Part shown: piece by piece, positions 39,822 to 50,508 of the stretch | Layout: each line of letters opens with the position of its first letter | Position numbering within the stretch: position 1 is the stretch's first letter | Source of the DNA: Acidobacteriota bacterium | GTDB taxonomy: Bacteria; Acidobacteriota; UBA890; WLXD01 | Assembly (NCBI GenBank): GCA_965248695.1 | Contig: CBDFKD010000002.1 | Span: 4,352,001-4,416,000, forward strand | Reading direction: 5' to 3' | Length of the DNA stretch: 64,000 nucleotides | Position numbers and translations under genes: made by a program | Notes under the pieces: model-generated | Seen by the model: only the letters and a program-made list of their open reading frames with translations | The model's database searches: none | Told to the model about the DNA's origin: nothing

Positions 39822-40573
39822 AGAGCGTCCCTCGCGGGCGATTCAAGGTCAGTGCCGGCGCGCTGCACACCGACCAGGTCAGGATCGATGCCGAGGAGGC
39901 AAACCATGTTCGGGTAATGCGACTCGGCGTTGGCGATCGGGTGGTGCTTTTCGACGGGGCCGGACAGGAAGCGATCGCGGTGCTACAAACAGTAGACGCC
40001 GGAGGCTGCATCACGGCGCAGGTACAAGAGCGTCATACGCCGGCCACCGAATCGCCGCTCACGGTGTGGCTGATTCAGGCAGTGCCAACCAAGCTCGCGC
40101 GCATGGATCTGATCGTGCGGCAGTGCACCGAGCTCGGGCTGAGCCATCTGCTCCCGGTTGTAGCGGCGCGTAGCCAGGTGCCTGGTGGGGGAGTGGAGGT
40201 GATTGGCGAACGCCGCCAGCGCTGGGTGTGACTGGCGGAGGCGGCGGCCAAGCAGAGTTGCCGTGGTGTGGTGCCGAGCATCGGGCGTCCGGTGGCGCTA
40301 GGAGACGTTGATTGGACTTCGATCCCCCCTCTGAGGCTGCTGTGCGACCCGAGTGGGATGCGCGGGACGCTGGTGGAAACGCTCGACGGCCGCGCGCCCG
40401 CGAGCGTGGCGCTGTTGGTGGGTCCGGAGGGCGGCTGGGATGCCGAGGAGCGGGCGCTGGCGCAGGCGGTGAACGCCACCACGGTCGCGTTCGGTCCCCG
40501 TGTGCTGCGAGCCGACACTGCCGGCGCGGCGGCCCTGGCGGTGCTTCAGCACGCCTGGGGAGACCTCGGTTAG
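39818..40573 (+). pseudogene. rsmE: 16S rRNA m3U1498 methyltransferase RsmE with an in-frame TGA at 40229-40231
   Basis: HVRVMRL, QCTELG, RRQRWV*LAEAAAKQS, VGPEGGW, LRADTA all in one frame; start overlaps the dnaJ stop (ATGA). Confidence 0.88.
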
Positions 40574-40637
40574 GGTTCGCGTAGGATGCCGGTTCGACGC
40601 GACTGGCAGCGCCAGGCGCCGTTTCGTATCCCTGAGA

Positions 40638-41459
40638 TCAAAACGAGCGGTTGCGGATCCCCTTACGCATGTCCGCGCCTTGCATACGGATCACCGTGCA
40701 CATCTCGTGAAGGCGACTGCGCAACGGCCGGCCAATGCGGTCTTCCAGAGTTGCTGGGCCCTCGGGCGGTGATCGCCGCCCACGCTTGGGCAGCTGGGCC
40801 GATGTTGCTGCGCTTCGGGCAGCGGTGCCAGGGTCCATTGAGCCAAGCTCGTTTGTTGTAGGCGCATCGCCGAAATTCGTGGTGATCAGCGTCATGCGCT
40901 TGCGGTTGTACCGATCGTTGAGGATATGAGTGACGGTATCGAACACCCATGGGCTCGGGCGACGGGCTCCGAGATCGTCGAGCAACAGCACTTCGGCCTC
41001 GAGCAACGGGCGCAGCACCTGTAGCTCCGATGTTTCCGATACCGGGTTGTAGGACTCCTGGATATCACGCAGAAGGTCGCGGTAGTCGACGAATCGTCCG
41101 CTGATCGAGTGGCGGTCCAACAGTGCGCTCAATACACCGACAGCGAGGTGTGTCTTGCCAACGCCGGGCTCTCCGATGAACAACAAGCCGTATTCGAGGC
41201 TCGGGAATGCGTCGACGTATCGCTCACACGTCAGCTTGGCGCCTTCGATCGTCTGGTGCGCCCCCGGGCCTTCTGCGTTGAAAGTGTCGAGACGACAATG
41301 CTCGTAGCGGCGTGGGATGCGCGCGTGGGCTACTCGCCGAGTCTGGCGGGCCTGCAGGTGGCACGGGCAACGTCGAACCGATCGGTCGTCCGGCTCCGAG
41401 GCGGTGACCCACCCGGTGCCGCCGCAGTCGCTGCAATCGTGCAGTCTAGGCGACGCCAC
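40638..41459 (-). CDS. DnaC/IstB-like AAA+ ATPase with an N-terminal Cys cluster
   Basis: CSDCGGTGW...CPC, IPRRYEHC, GEPGVGKTHLA, LLLDDLG, ITTN, RSRLHEMC. Confidence 0.88.
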   Translation of the reverse strand: MASPRLHDCSDCGGTGWVTASEPDDRSVRRCPCHLQARQTRRVAHARIPRRYEHCRLDTFNAEGPGAHQTIEGAKLTCERYVDAFPSLEYGLLFIGEPGVGKTHLAVGVLSALLDRHSISGRFVDYRDLLRDIQESYNPVSETSELQVLRPLLEAEVLLLDDLGARRPSPWVFDTVTHILNDRYNRKRMTLITTNFGDAPTTNELGSMDPGTAARSAATSAQLPKRGRRSPPEGPATLEDRIGRPLRSRLHEMCTVIRMQGADMRKGIRNRSF

Positions 41460-41461
41460 CG

Positions 41462-41869
41462 TCAGCTGTCCCCGGAACGGCGTGGGCGCCGCACCAGAGC
41501 GCCGCGCTCGATGCGCACCAGGGCCTGAACGAACTCCTTCGACAGCAGCTGGTCCTCACCTGCCAGCTCGTCGCGGACGAAGCACATCAGCTCCGCCACC
41601 TCGCTTTGCAATCGCTCCATGTTGCGGCGCATGTTGAGGATGACCTCTACTCCTGCAAGATTTACCCCGAGGTCGCGGGTCAGCGACAGAATGACTTCCA
41701 GCCGGCGGAGGTCGTCATCGTCGTACAGCCGCGTATTGCCGCGCGAGCGCGACGGGCGCAATAGGCCTTCGCGTTCATAAAGGCGTAGGGTCTGCGGATG
41801 GATCTCGTAGCGCTCCGCCACCGCGCTGATCATGTAGTTGCCCTTCTTACGCTTGGCGTCGGCGCTCAT
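41462..41869 (-). CDS. hspR: MerR-family heat-shock repressor HspR
   Basis: YMISAVAERYEIHPQTLRLYEREGLLRPSRSRGNTRLY, LGVNLAGV; in the dnaK operon. Confidence 0.9.
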   Translation of the reverse strand: MSADAKRKKGNYMISAVAERYEIHPQTLRLYEREGLLRPSRSRGNTRLYDDDDLRRLEVILSLTRDLGVNLAGVEVILNMRRNMERLQSEVAELMCFVRDELAGEDQLLSKEFVQALVRIERGALVRRPRRSGDS

Positions 41870-41871
41870 CC

Positions 41872-42957
41872 TCAAGGCTCGGCTTCGCGATCCCGCGGTC
41901 TGAGTGGGTGGCGCGCTGCAAGCTGACGGACCATCTCCTTGGAATCCTCGTCCAGGATCTCGGGGAGATGGACCTCGACGCGCACCAGCATATCGCCTCG
42001 CCGCCCGTCGGGCAGCTCGAGGCCGCGACCGCGAAGCTTGAAGACGTCGCCGGTCTGCGTGTTGGGCGGCAACGGCAAGCTGGCGCGTTCACCGTCGATC
42101 GTCGGCACATCGATGCGCCCCCCGAGCACTGCCTCGAGCATGGAGACCGGCTGCCGGATGTAGAGGTGCGGCCCCTCGCGCCGGAACCCGGGCGCCGGCT
42201 CGACTCGACAGCGGAGGATCAAATCGCCACGCTCGCCACCGATGCGGCCGCAGTGTCCCTGTCCTGTGACGCGAATCTCCTGGCCGTCGGTGATTCCCGG
42301 AGGTACCCGGACGAGAATCGTCTCGATGCGCGGCTGCGTGCCCTGTCCTGCGCAACCGGTGCACGGTATCCCTCGAACGAGACCAGTGGCGGCGCAGTCG
42401 GCGCATCCACAGGTTACTGACAAGGCTCCCTTTGCGAACGTCTCCTGGCCACTACCGCCGCAGCTGTCACAGGGTCGGGCTTGTTGCAGCCGGACCCGTC
42501 CTCTACCGCCGCAATCCTCACAGCGGTCCTGGCGGGTTACCCGAGCAGTGCTCCGCCGACCGCGCTCCGCATCCACGAGCGCAACGCTGACGTCGATGTA
42601 GAGATCGTTGCCGGACTGTGGACTGGAGCGTTGGTGGTGATCCTTCAGGTGTCGGAACAGCTCGGCGTAGGTGCCGGGCTCGTCGCCCTCGGGCACTATC
42701 CTGACGGTGAGATCGGGCGCCACCGGCTCGATGGCGTCCACCATCGAGCCCTCGCGGTCGTAACGCGCTCGGCGCTCCGGATCCGACAGGACCTGGTAGG
42801 CGGACTCGATGCGCTCGAACACCGTCGCCGCGTGCGGATCTCCAGGGTTGATGTCCGGGTGATAGCGTCGACTGAGGTGCCTGTAAGCTTGGTCCACCTG
42901 GTCGGCATCGGCGTTGGGAGGTACTCCCAACGTCGCGTAGTGATCGCGTGCCAGCAT
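41872..42957 (-). CDS. Second DnaJ-class co-chaperone
   Basis: DHYATLGV...YHPDINPGD, CxxC(xGxG) repeats, DnaJ C-terminal domain. Confidence 0.9.
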   Translation of the reverse strand: MLARDHYATLGVPPNADADQVDQAYRHLSRRYHPDINPGDPHAATVFERIESAYQVLSDPERRARYDREGSMVDAIEPVAPDLTVRIVPEGDEPGTYAELFRHLKDHHQRSSPQSGNDLYIDVSVALVDAERGRRSTARVTRQDRCEDCGGRGRVRLQQARPCDSCGGSGQETFAKGALSVTCGCADCAATGLVRGIPCTGCAGQGTQPRIETILVRVPPGITDGQEIRVTGQGHCGRIGGERGDLILRCRVEPAPGFRREGPHLYIRQPVSMLEAVLGGRIDVPTIDGERASLPLPPNTQTGDVFKLRGRGLELPDGRRGDMLVRVEVHLPEILDEDSKEMVRQLAARHPLRPRDREAEP

Positions 42958-42967
42958 ACCTATGATG

Positions 42968-43001
42968 CTGTGCGGGACGCCGCGCCGGGCGCCCCGCACA
43001 G
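42968..43001 (-). terminator. Intercistronic stem-loop just after dnaK (attenuator or mRNA stabiliser)
   Basis: ctgtgcgggacgcc...ggcgccccgcacag; the + strand A-C mismatch becomes G-U on the transcribed - strand; no U tract. Confidence 0.5.
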
Positions 43002-43007
43002 TCCCGG

Positions 43008-44906
43008 TTACGAGCTCGAGCTCTCGTCGTCGACCACCTCGGCCTCGATGACCTCTCCGTCTTCCTCGGAGGCGGGGTCGTCCTGGCCAGAGTCAGCATC
43101 CGCGGCGCCGGCCTGCGCATACATCGTTTGCGCCAGCTGGTGCGATGCGTGCTGTAGCGACTCGGTCGCCTGCTTGAGCTCGTCGACGTCCGCCTCTTTC
43201 TCCAGCGTCTCTTTCGCCGCCTTCACGGCACCCTCGACATCGGAGATCGCCCCGGCGTCGAGTTGTTCGCGGTTGTCGCTGAGCAGCTTCTCGGTCTGGT
43301 ACACGAGGCTGTCGAGCTGGTTGCGCGCCTCGATTTGTTCGCGGTGCCCCTTGTCTTCGTCGGCGTGAGCGTCGGCGTCCTTGATGAGCTGATCGATCTC
43401 GGAGTCCGAAAGCCCGCTCGACGATGTGACGGTGATCTTCTGCTCCTTGTTGGTGCCGAGATCCTTCGCCGTTACGCTGAGGATGCCGTTGGCGTCGATA
43501 TCGAAAGTGACCTCGACCTGGGGCACGCCGCGCGGGGCGGCCGGAATCCCCTCGAGATGGAAGCGGCCCAGCGTTCGGTTGTGCGATGCCATGTCGCGCT
43601 CGCCCTGCAACACGTGGACCTCCACCGAGGGCTGGTTGTCGGCCGCGGTGGTGAAGGTCTCGCTCTTGCGCGTCGGGATCGTAGTGTTGCGCGAGATCAA
43701 CACCGTGGTCACCCCACCGAGGGTCTCGATGCCGAGCGACAGCGGAGTCACGTCGAGCAAGAGCAGGTCGCTGACCTCTCCGGCCAAGACGCCGCCCTGG
43801 ATCGCGGCGCCCAGCGCCACGACCTCGTCAGGATTCACGCCCTTGTGCGGCTCCTTGCCAAACACCTCACGGACCTGGTCCTGCACCGCGGGCATCCGGG
43901 TAGATCCGCCGACGAGCACCACCTCGTCGATCTCACCAGGCTTGAGACCGGCGTCGGCCAGCGCCTGCTTGCACGGTCCGACGGCGCGCTCTAGCAGATC
44001 GGCGACCAGGCTTTCGAACTTGGCACGCGTCAGCTTGAGGCTGAGATGCTTCGGCCCGGTCTGATCGGCGGTGACGAACGGCAGGTTGATCTCCGACTCG
44101 ACGACCGTCGAAAGCTCGATCTTCGCTTTCTCGGCCGCTTCCTTGAGTCGCTGCAGCGCCATCCGGTCGGACGAAAGATCAATGCCTTGATCCTTGCGGA
44201 ACTCCTCGATGATCCAGTCCATGATGCGCTGGTCGAAGTTGTCGCCGCCGAGGTGGGTATCGCCGTTGGTAGCTTTCACCTCGACGACGCCGTCGCCGAC
44301 TTCCAGGATCGAGATGTCGAATGTTCCGCCGCCAAAGTCGTAAACGGCGATCTTCTCGTCCGCCTTTTTCTCCAGGCCGTAGGCGAGCGCCGCGGCCGTC
44401 GGCTCGTTGATGATCCGATCCACCTGCAATCCGGCGATGCGGCCGGCATCCTTGGTGGCCTGACGCTGCGCGTCGTTGAAGTAGGCCGGCACGGTGATCA
44501 CCGCGCGCTCGACTTTCTGACCGAGATAGTCCTCTGCCGCTTGCTTGAGCTTCTGCAGCACCATCGCCGAGATCTCTGGCGGCGAGTAGCTCTTGCCGAC
44601 GGCGAGAATGTTGACATCGTCGCCGTCTTGCTCCACCTCGAAGGGGACCATGGTCAGCTCTTCGCTGATCTCGTTGTGACGTCGCCCCATGAACCGCTTG
44701 ATCGAGAAGACGGTGTTTTCCGGGTTGGTGACCGCCTGACGCTTCGCCACCTGACCGACGAGGCGCTCTTCTTTTTCGGTGAAGGCGACCACGGAGGGCG
44801 TTGTTCGACCGCCCTCAGCGTTCGGGATGACGGTCGGCTCACCGCCCTCCATCACCGCCACCACCGAGTTGGTGGTGCCCAGGTCGATACCGATGATCTT
44901 GGACAT
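43008..44906 (-). CDS. dnaK: Chaperone DnaK (Hsp70)
   Basis: [36 protein letters not shown]. Confidence 0.99.
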   Translation of the reverse strand: MSKIIGIDLGTTNSVVAVMEGGEPTVIPNAEGGRTTPSVVAFTEKEERLVGQVAKRQAVTNPENTVFSIKRFMGRRHNEISEELTMVPFEVEQDGDDVNILAVGKSYSPPEISAMVLQKLKQAAEDYLGQKVERAVITVPAYFNDAQRQATKDAGRIAGLQVDRIINEPTAAALAYGLEKKADEKIAVYDFGGGTFDISILEVGDGVVEVKATNGDTHLGGDNFDQRIMDWIIEEFRKDQGIDLSSDRMALQRLKEAAEKAKIELSTVVESEINLPFVTADQTGPKHLSLKLTRAKFESLVADLLERAVGPCKQALADAGLKPGEIDEVVLVGGSTRMPAVQDQVREVFGKEPHKGVNPDEVVALGAAIQGGVLAGEVSDLLLLDVTPLSLGIETLGGVTTVLISRNTTIPTRKSETFTTAADNQPSVEVHVLQGERDMASHNRTLGRFHLEGIPAAPRGVPQVEVTFDIDANGILSVTAKDLGTNKEQKITVTSSSGLSDSEIDQLIKDADAHADEDKGHREQIEARNQLDSLVYQTEKLLSDNREQLDAGAISDVEGAVKAAKETLEKEADVDELKQATESLQHASHQLAQTMYAQAGAADADSGQDDPASEEDGEVIEAEVVDDESSSS

Positions 44907-45046
44907 GTCGAGCTCCTGATTCCATCCCCGCGTTGACGGGGTTGCAGAGAGTGTGTCCCGCCGCTCGGCGAGATCCTCGCCAAGCAGGGCCTTATTCGTA
45001 GTCTAGGCAGATTGAAGACTTAGTTTAGTTAGAGAAGATGATAAAA

Positions 45047-45067
45047 CCTTAGTCGATTCTTATCAAG
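45047..45067 (-). promoter_or_regulatory. Possible HAIR-like HspR operator upstream of dnaK
   Basis: CCTTAGT-N7-TATCAAG vs consensus CTTGAGT-N7-ACTCAAG (5/7 per arm) in an AT-rich patch; hspR is in the downstream operon. Confidence 0.5.
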
Positions 45068-45189
45068 TCTATTCAGGGCGAACGGCAGGTTCGGGATCGT
45101 TGACGGACAACGCGCTACAGCGTGCGTGGTAGCGCTGAAGTGGGCTTCGCCGTCGGCCGCTTTTGCTACCCTGCGGGCCGGGGAGCCTC

Positions 45190-45732
45190 TTACAGCTTGG
45201 CTACCTTGCGCTTTTGCAGGTAAGCCATGCGCAGCTGATACAGCACGTCCTCGAGGGCTTTGCCGGTGTCGTCGGTACGAGTGCCCTCGGTAGACTCCTG
45301 CAGGAGTCCGAGAACCTCGATTCGCAGTCGGGCGAGTTCAAGATCCTCGATCATCTGTCCGCTTTGCGGCTCGGGCATCGCTCCGAGGGCCAGGAGCCCG
45401 CCGACATACTGTTCCTCAACGAACTTGAGCAGAGCCTGATCGTCCAGCTCGAGCCCGCGCGTGGGTGGGGCGGCATCGTCGCTGGCGCCCGGGACATCTT
45501 CGGGGACTACGGCCGTTGGCGCCTCGGAAGCCGGGCTCTCCGCCGTGCTGCTCTCGGGCGCAGCGATTCCGTCGTCAGGCACCGACTCGACGGAGGCCGC
45601 GGGCTCCGTTATCTGCCCGTCGGGCTCGGGCGACGGTGCCTGTTGGCGCAAGTTGCCGTCGCTATCGAACAGCCTGCGATCGGTGACCTTGATCGTCGGT
45701 CGCTCGTCGGCGGTGGTGTCATTGTCGCTCAT
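45190..45732 (-). CDS. DUF1844 family protein
   Basis: IKVTDRRLFDSDG, LLALG, DLELARLRIEVLGLLQESTEG, LYQLRMAY. Confidence 0.8.
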   Translation of the reverse strand: MSDNDTTADERPTIKVTDRRLFDSDGNLRQQAPSPEPDGQITEPAASVESVPDDGIAAPESSTAESPASEAPTAVVPEDVPGASDDAAPPTRGLELDDQALLKFVEEQYVGGLLALGAMPEPQSGQMIEDLELARLRIEVLGLLQESTEGTRTDDTGKALEDVLYQLRMAYLQKRKVAKL

Positions 45733-45834
45733 GAAACAGGAGTCTAGCAGGTCGCAGACATGCCTCCATGCCTGCTCGGCGAGGCCGACTACACCGGCGT
45801 CGCGGTCGGCCGGCGCGACCAATAGACTCCCCGT

Positions 45835-46647
45835 ATGGCCGACCGAGAGGACGCGCGGATCAATGAACCGAGTGATCGGTTGGCGGGCGAGGCCTTCGCC
45901 CGTCTTGTCGGCATCATGCGGAGATTGCGAGGCCCTGACGGCTGTCCATGGGATCAGGAGCAGAGCTTTGCCAGCCTCCGGCGCTACACCCTCGAGGAGG
46001 CGTATGAGGTTGTGCAGGCCATCGACGACGGCGACCCGCGAACACTCAGTGCCGAGCTGGGTGATCTGCTACTGCAGATCGTCTTTCTGTCGCAGATCGG
46101 TGCCGAGGACGGCAGCTTCACGGTCGTCGATGCGATCGAAGCGATCAACGACAAGCTCATACGACGCCACCCGCACGTCTTCGGCGACGTAAGCGTCGAT
46201 GGCGCCGACGACGTGCTCCGCAACTGGGAGGAGATCAAGCGGCGGGAACGTGGCGAGACGTCGTTGCTGGACGACGTGCCGCAGGCCTTCCCGGCGTTGG
46301 AGCGGGCTCAGAAGCTGGGCAAGCGGGCAGCGCAGATGTCGTTCGACTGGGCTTGCTCGGCGGACGTGCTCGACAAGGTGCGCGAGGAGATCGACGAGCT
46401 GGCCGAGGTGCTGGATCAGAGCGGAGCGCGCCAGATCGAAGAGCTCGGTGATCTGCTGCTGACGTTGACCAGCCTGGCGCGGCACCTGGGTCACTCGGCC
46501 GAGATAGCGCTCAATGATGCCAGCCGCAAGTTCGAGCGCCGCTTCCGGCAGCTCGAGGCAGCGGTCGGTGACGGGCGAGTCGCAGCTGCGCCTGCCGAGC
46601 TCGAAGCCGCTTGGCAACGAATCAAGGCGGGCGAGCAGGTCGTCTGA
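45835..46647 (+). CDS. mazG: Nucleoside triphosphate pyrophosphohydrolase MazG
   Basis: GCPWDQEQ, LEEAYEV, ELGDLLLQIVF, KLIRRHPHVFG. Confidence 0.96.
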   Translation: MADREDARINEPSDRLAGEAFARLVGIMRRLRGPDGCPWDQEQSFASLRRYTLEEAYEVVQAIDDGDPRTLSAELGDLLLQIVFLSQIGAEDGSFTVVDAIEAINDKLIRRHPHVFGDVSVDGADDVLRNWEEIKRRERGETSLLDDVPQAFPALERAQKLGKRAAQMSFDWACSADVLDKVREEIDELAEVLDQSGARQIEELGDLLLTLTSLARHLGHSAEIALNDASRKFERRFRQLEAAVGDGRVAAAPAELEAAWQRIKAGEQVV

Positions 46648-46725
46648 CGGACAGCCGTTGACCGGCCGACACTTCTGGACACCCGGCATGGGGGAAGTGG
46701 TCCGTCGCTGCTGTCGTCCGGTCTG

Positions 46726-47487
46726 CTAGCGCCCGGCGATCGCCGCTACCAACACTCCGATGAGGTACAACCCGAGCAGCGGAACTGCGACCAGGAACTG
46801 GCTCGCCCCGTCGGGCGGCGTGAGCATCGCTGCCAGCACGAACGCCACCAGCACCGCGTACGGAAACCATCGCAGCAGGCCGCGGGCGTTAACCAGACCC
46901 ATCCGCGCCGCGCTCAAGATGATCAGCGGTAGTTGCGCACCGATACCCATCGCCAGCAGGAGGCGAATGGTGAAACGGAGGAAGTCGCGGATCGTGATGG
47001 CGTGTGCGAAGTCCTTGCCGACGTCGAGCAGGTACCCGACGGCGAACGGAATCAGAATGAAGTAGGCGAAGCTCAGTCCGGCCAGGAACAGCGCGCACGC
47101 AGTCAGCACAGACACGGCGATCGTGATCGCGGACCTCAGACGGATCCGTGGCGCGACCATCACATAGATCTGGAGCGCCAGTGCCGGCACCGCACAGACC
47201 AGGCCGCTGGTCAGCGAGACCGTGAAGTACAGCACGAACGGATCGGTGAGCCCGGTGAACGCCAGTCGCGGATCCAGACCCCGAGCCGTCAACTCAGCGG
47301 TCAACGGCCGTGCCAGGAAGTCGAATATCTGCCGTGACCAGTTCCACGACAACGAGGTGCCGATGGCCAGCGCCAGCAGCGACCAGACGGTAAGCTTGCG
47401 GGCACGGTCCACTCCCGCCAACAGGGTGCGTAGCGGGGAATCGTCGTCGGAGTCCGGCTCGGACTCGATGGTCGGTTCGGTCGTCAT
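46726..47487 (-). CDS. tatC: Twin-arginine translocase subunit TatC (divergent)
   Basis: Six TM segments; QIFDFLARPL, FAYFILIPFA, AAMLTPPD. Confidence 0.85.
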   Translation of the reverse strand: MTTEPTIESEPDSDDDSPLRTLLAGVDRARKLTVWSLLALAIGTSLSWNWSRQIFDFLARPLTAELTARGLDPRLAFTGLTDPFVLYFTVSLTSGLVCAVPALALQIYVMVAPRIRLRSAITIAVSVLTACALFLAGLSFAYFILIPFAVGYLLDVGKDFAHAITIRDFLRFTIRLLLAMGIGAQLPLIILSAARMGLVNARGLLRWFPYAVLVAFVLAAMLTPPDGASQFLVAVPLLGLYLIGVLVAAIAGR

Positions 47488-47592
47488 GGCTCGCCGGGGT
47501 GGATGCGGGGGGACGAATTCTAACAGTCCGTGGTTTTCACCACGGTAACCGTCTCTGCGGCAGCCGGGTGACGGTTCGTCGAGGCTGGGGCG

Positions 47593-48168
47593 ATGGCAAC
47601 ACTCGAACCAAGAGCACCGCATCACGATCTCGGGACCGTCGAGGTGATCTGCGGAAGCATGTTCTCCGGCAAGAGCGAAGAGCTGATACGTCGGCTGCGG
47701 CGCGCTCAAATCGCCAAGCAGGTCGTGCAGATCTTCAAGCCGCGAGTCGACGACCGCTTTGACAGCGATCACATCGTGTCTCACAACCAGCAGAGGCTGC
47801 CGAGCGACCGCGTACGGGATTCCGAGGAGCTATACGCTGGCGTGCGTGCCGATACGCAGGTGGTCGGCATCGATGAGGCACAGTTCTTCGATGGCGGGCT
47901 GGTGGAGACGTGCCAGCGCCTGGCGGAAGAGGGACATCGCGTCATCGTTGCCGGGCTGGACAAGGACTATCGAGGCGAACCGTTCGAGCCCATGCCGGCG
48001 TTGCTGGCGATCTCGGAGTACATCACCAAGACGTTGGCGATCTGCATGCAGTGTGGTCGCCCGGCCAACTTCTCGCAGCGACTTACCGCCAGCAAGAAGC
48101 GCGTCGTGGTCGGCGCGTCGGATGTCTACGAGGCGCGCTGCCGACGGTGTTTCACCACGGCCTGCTAG
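47593..48168 (+). CDS. tdk: Thymidine kinase
   Basis: [37 protein letters not shown]. Confidence 0.97.
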   Translation: MATLEPRAPHHDLGTVEVICGSMFSGKSEELIRRLRRAQIAKQVVQIFKPRVDDRFDSDHIVSHNQQRLPSDRVRDSEELYAGVRADTQVVGIDEAQFFDGGLVETCQRLAEEGHRVIVAGLDKDYRGEPFEPMPALLAISEYITKTLAICMQCGRPANFSQRLTASKKRVVVGASDVYEARCRRCFTTAC

Positions 48169-50480
48169 CGACCGTTGCCGCTGCGCCATCGCTCGCCGCG
48201 CACCCGGATGCGTGCCCCGAGCTCGATCGTCAGCGCCCCGTCACGATCCGTACGGTATACGGCCGCCTGATGCCGCCTGAGGCGCTGCAAGACGTCGGAG
48301 CGCGGCAGGGACCAGGGATTCGTCGCGCCCACCGAGATCACGGCATGTCGTGGTTGCAGGCGTTGCAGCAGGATCTCCGAGGTGGCACCGCCACTGCCGT
48401 GATGACCGACCTTGAGGATGGCCCCGCTTAGCGGAGCCAGGTCCCAATGGCGCTCCGCGGCGACACCTGCGTCGCCGGTGAGCACAACATGCTTGGCGCC
48501 GCAGGTCGCTGCGAGAACCAACGAGGCGTCGTTGCTCACCTGTCGGGCACCAGCGCGCAGCGCGTCGACCGTTGGCGCGAAGCTCTGCCAGCGGCAGCCG
48601 GCGAAGGCTCGCTCGGGCCGCCGGGGGGCGAGCATGGTGGTGTTCCTCGAGCGCGCCAGATCGAGCAACTGGGCCGAGGTGCGAGTGTCGGTCGGCGTTG
48701 CACCCTGCCATAGCTCGGCGACATTGAAGTGGCGCAGAATCGAAGGCACGCCGCCGACATGGTCGGCATGGTCGTGGCTCACCGCAACGGCGTCGAGACG
48801 ATGGAGTCCGAGGCGTCGTAGCTCGGGCGCCACAATCCGGTAGCCGGTGTCGTAGTCGATACTCGGATAGCCGCCAGCGTCGACAAGTACGGCTCCGGCG
48901 ACCGATGCCACTAGCAGTGCGTCGCCCTGTCCGACGTCGAGCACCAGCAAGAACGGATGCGGCGGATCGGGCGGCGCGCGGATCGCCAGAGCCGCGGCCA
49001 GGACCGCCGACGCGATGCCGGCGGCCCGTAGGCGACCGCGCCGGCCGGCGGCGAGCGCCAGTCCCGTCCCATAAGCCACCGCCAACGTCGTGCTGGCCGA
49101 CGCCACGGCGATCGGCATGAGTCCCAGATATGCCGCGGCCCTTGGACACGCCAACACGAGGTCGAACATCGATTCGGCGCCGGCCGCCAGACTGCCGGAG
49201 ATCGTTTGCAAACCGCTCAGCGAAACGACTAGCGCGCTCACCGTCAGTACCAGGGCGGCGGAGACCAGCGGGATCGCAACCACGTTGAGCAGCAGTCCTG
49301 CTACCGGCACGATGGATAACTGTAGCGCCAGCAGCGGCGCCACACCGGCTTGCGCCGCCAGGCTGGTACGAAGAGTGCGCAGCCACCAGGTATCACCGCC
49401 ACGGTCGCACAGGAGGATGGTCGCCGTTGCCACTGCGCTCAGTTGGAAGCCGAGTTGCTGCAGCGCCGCCGGTTCAGCGGCGACGATCAGCGCCAGGGCG
49501 AAGCTCAGTGCGTCAGTGGAAGCCACTCGGCGCCCGATCAGACGTCCGCCGAGAAGGCAGATCGCCATGGTGGCGGCGCGCTGTATCGGTGCCCGCGGCT
49601 CGGTGAGGACAATGAGAGCCAGAGCGGTACATAGTCCGGCAGCCCAACTCGCCCGCGGCGAGCGGCCCAGTACTCGGAGGATTGCCGCCGGTGCCACCGC
49701 TAGCAGCCCGACGTGTAGCCCCGATATGGCCAGCAGGTGGATGAGCCCGCTACGCGCCATTCCCTGCAACAGACTCTCGTCGAGGTCGCGCCGTTCACCC
49801 AGCACCAGCGCGCGCACCAGCCCGGCGTGGCGCCGGAACGTTGCGGTAATTTGCGCGCGAACGAGATCACGGGCGCGCCCCGGCCATGTGGACGCCGAAA
49901 ACGATGGAGGCCCGCGCAGCCGCACCTGCCCGTAGCTCTTCAATCGTGAGCGCAGGTCAATGCCGCGCAGTCGCAGTCGATCGAGCACAGCACGGGCAGG
50001 GTTGGCCGGGGGACGGTCGTGTTGAAGTCGAAGCCAGGCCTCGATTCGCGCTCCCGCATACCAGTTGGGACGCGGGGGCGGTTCAGGCACCTGCACCTCG
50101 ACGCGCCCGCGTAGTGACTGCCAACGGTTTCCCATCCAGACGCGATCCACGTCCACGATCATCGTCGAGCCACGCGCCGCAGCCGTCGGCTCGCGGGCGA
50201 CCGCCGCCAGAACTCGCCATGGGCCGTCGAGGCCCCCATCGTGATCGGTGAGCGACCGCAGCGTGGCTGGCCGCGCGGCACTGCTACCGCCGATAGCCCC
50301 CGCCAGCACTGCGATGGCGCTGATCGCGATCGTTGTTCTCGGCCGTGTGACGTGACCCGCGAGGGTCCAGAGCAGCAGACAAACGACTATCGACGTCGCA
50401 CTCGACCACGGAACAGTGGCGAGGTGGTCGACGGATTGTGAATAGGTCCATGCGCTGGCAACGCTCCACGCCGCCAGCAC
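48165..50480 (-). CDS. comEC: ComEC/Rec2 competence protein
   Basis: [49 protein letters not shown]; start uncertain. Confidence 0.92.
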   Translation of the reverse strand: MLAAWSVASAWTYSQSVDHLATVPWSSATSIVVCLLLWTLAGHVTRPRTTIAISAIAVLAGAIGGSSAARPATLRSLTDHDGGLDGPWRVLAAVAREPTAAARGSTMIVDVDRVWMGNRWQSLRGRVEVQVPEPPPRPNWYAGARIEAWLRLQHDRPPANPARAVLDRLRLRGIDLRSRLKSYGQVRLRGPPSFSASTWPGRARDLVRAQITATFRRHAGLVRALVLGERRDLDESLLQGMARSGLIHLLAISGLHVGLLAVAPAAILRVLGRSPRASWAAGLCTALALIVLTEPRAPIQRAATMAICLLGGRLIGRRVASTDALSFALALIVAAEPAALQQLGFQLSAVATATILLCDRGGDTWWLRTLRTSLAAQAGVAPLLALQLSIVPVAGLLLNVVAIPLVSAALVLTVSALVVSLSGLQTISGSLAAGAESMFDLVLACPRAAAYLGLMPIAVASASTTLAVAYGTGLALAAGRRGRLRAAGIASAVLAAALAIRAPPDPPHPFLLVLDVGQGDALLVASVAGAVLVDAGGYPSIDYDTGYRIVAPELRRLGLHRLDAVAVSHDHADHVGGVPSILRHFNVAELWQGATPTDTRTSAQLLDLARSRNTTMLAPRRPERAFAGCRWQSFAPTVDALRAGARQVSNDASLVLAATCGAKHVVLTGDAGVAAERHWDLAPLSGAILKVGHHGSGGATSEILLQRLQPRHAVISVGATNPWSLPRSDVLQRLRRHQAAVYRTDRDGALTIELGARIRVRGERWRSGNGR

Positions 50481-50508
50481 GGTGAAGCGCGTCGGCGCGC
50501 CCCAGAGG

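Noticed and set aside
40229-40270. Selenocysteine recoding of the rsmE TGA
   Set aside because: The position is not a conserved Cys in RsmE and I see no convincing SECIS hairpin; TGA serves as a normal stop in many genes here.
40638-41459. IS21 element or prophage suggested by the IstB-like ATPase
   Set aside because: No IstA transposase, terminal repeats or phage genes nearby; it is embedded in a chaperone operon.
43263-44936. Long + strand ORFs antisense to dnaK
   Set aside because: Well-known shadow ORFs caused by codon bias in GC-rich dnaK genes; no independent motifs.
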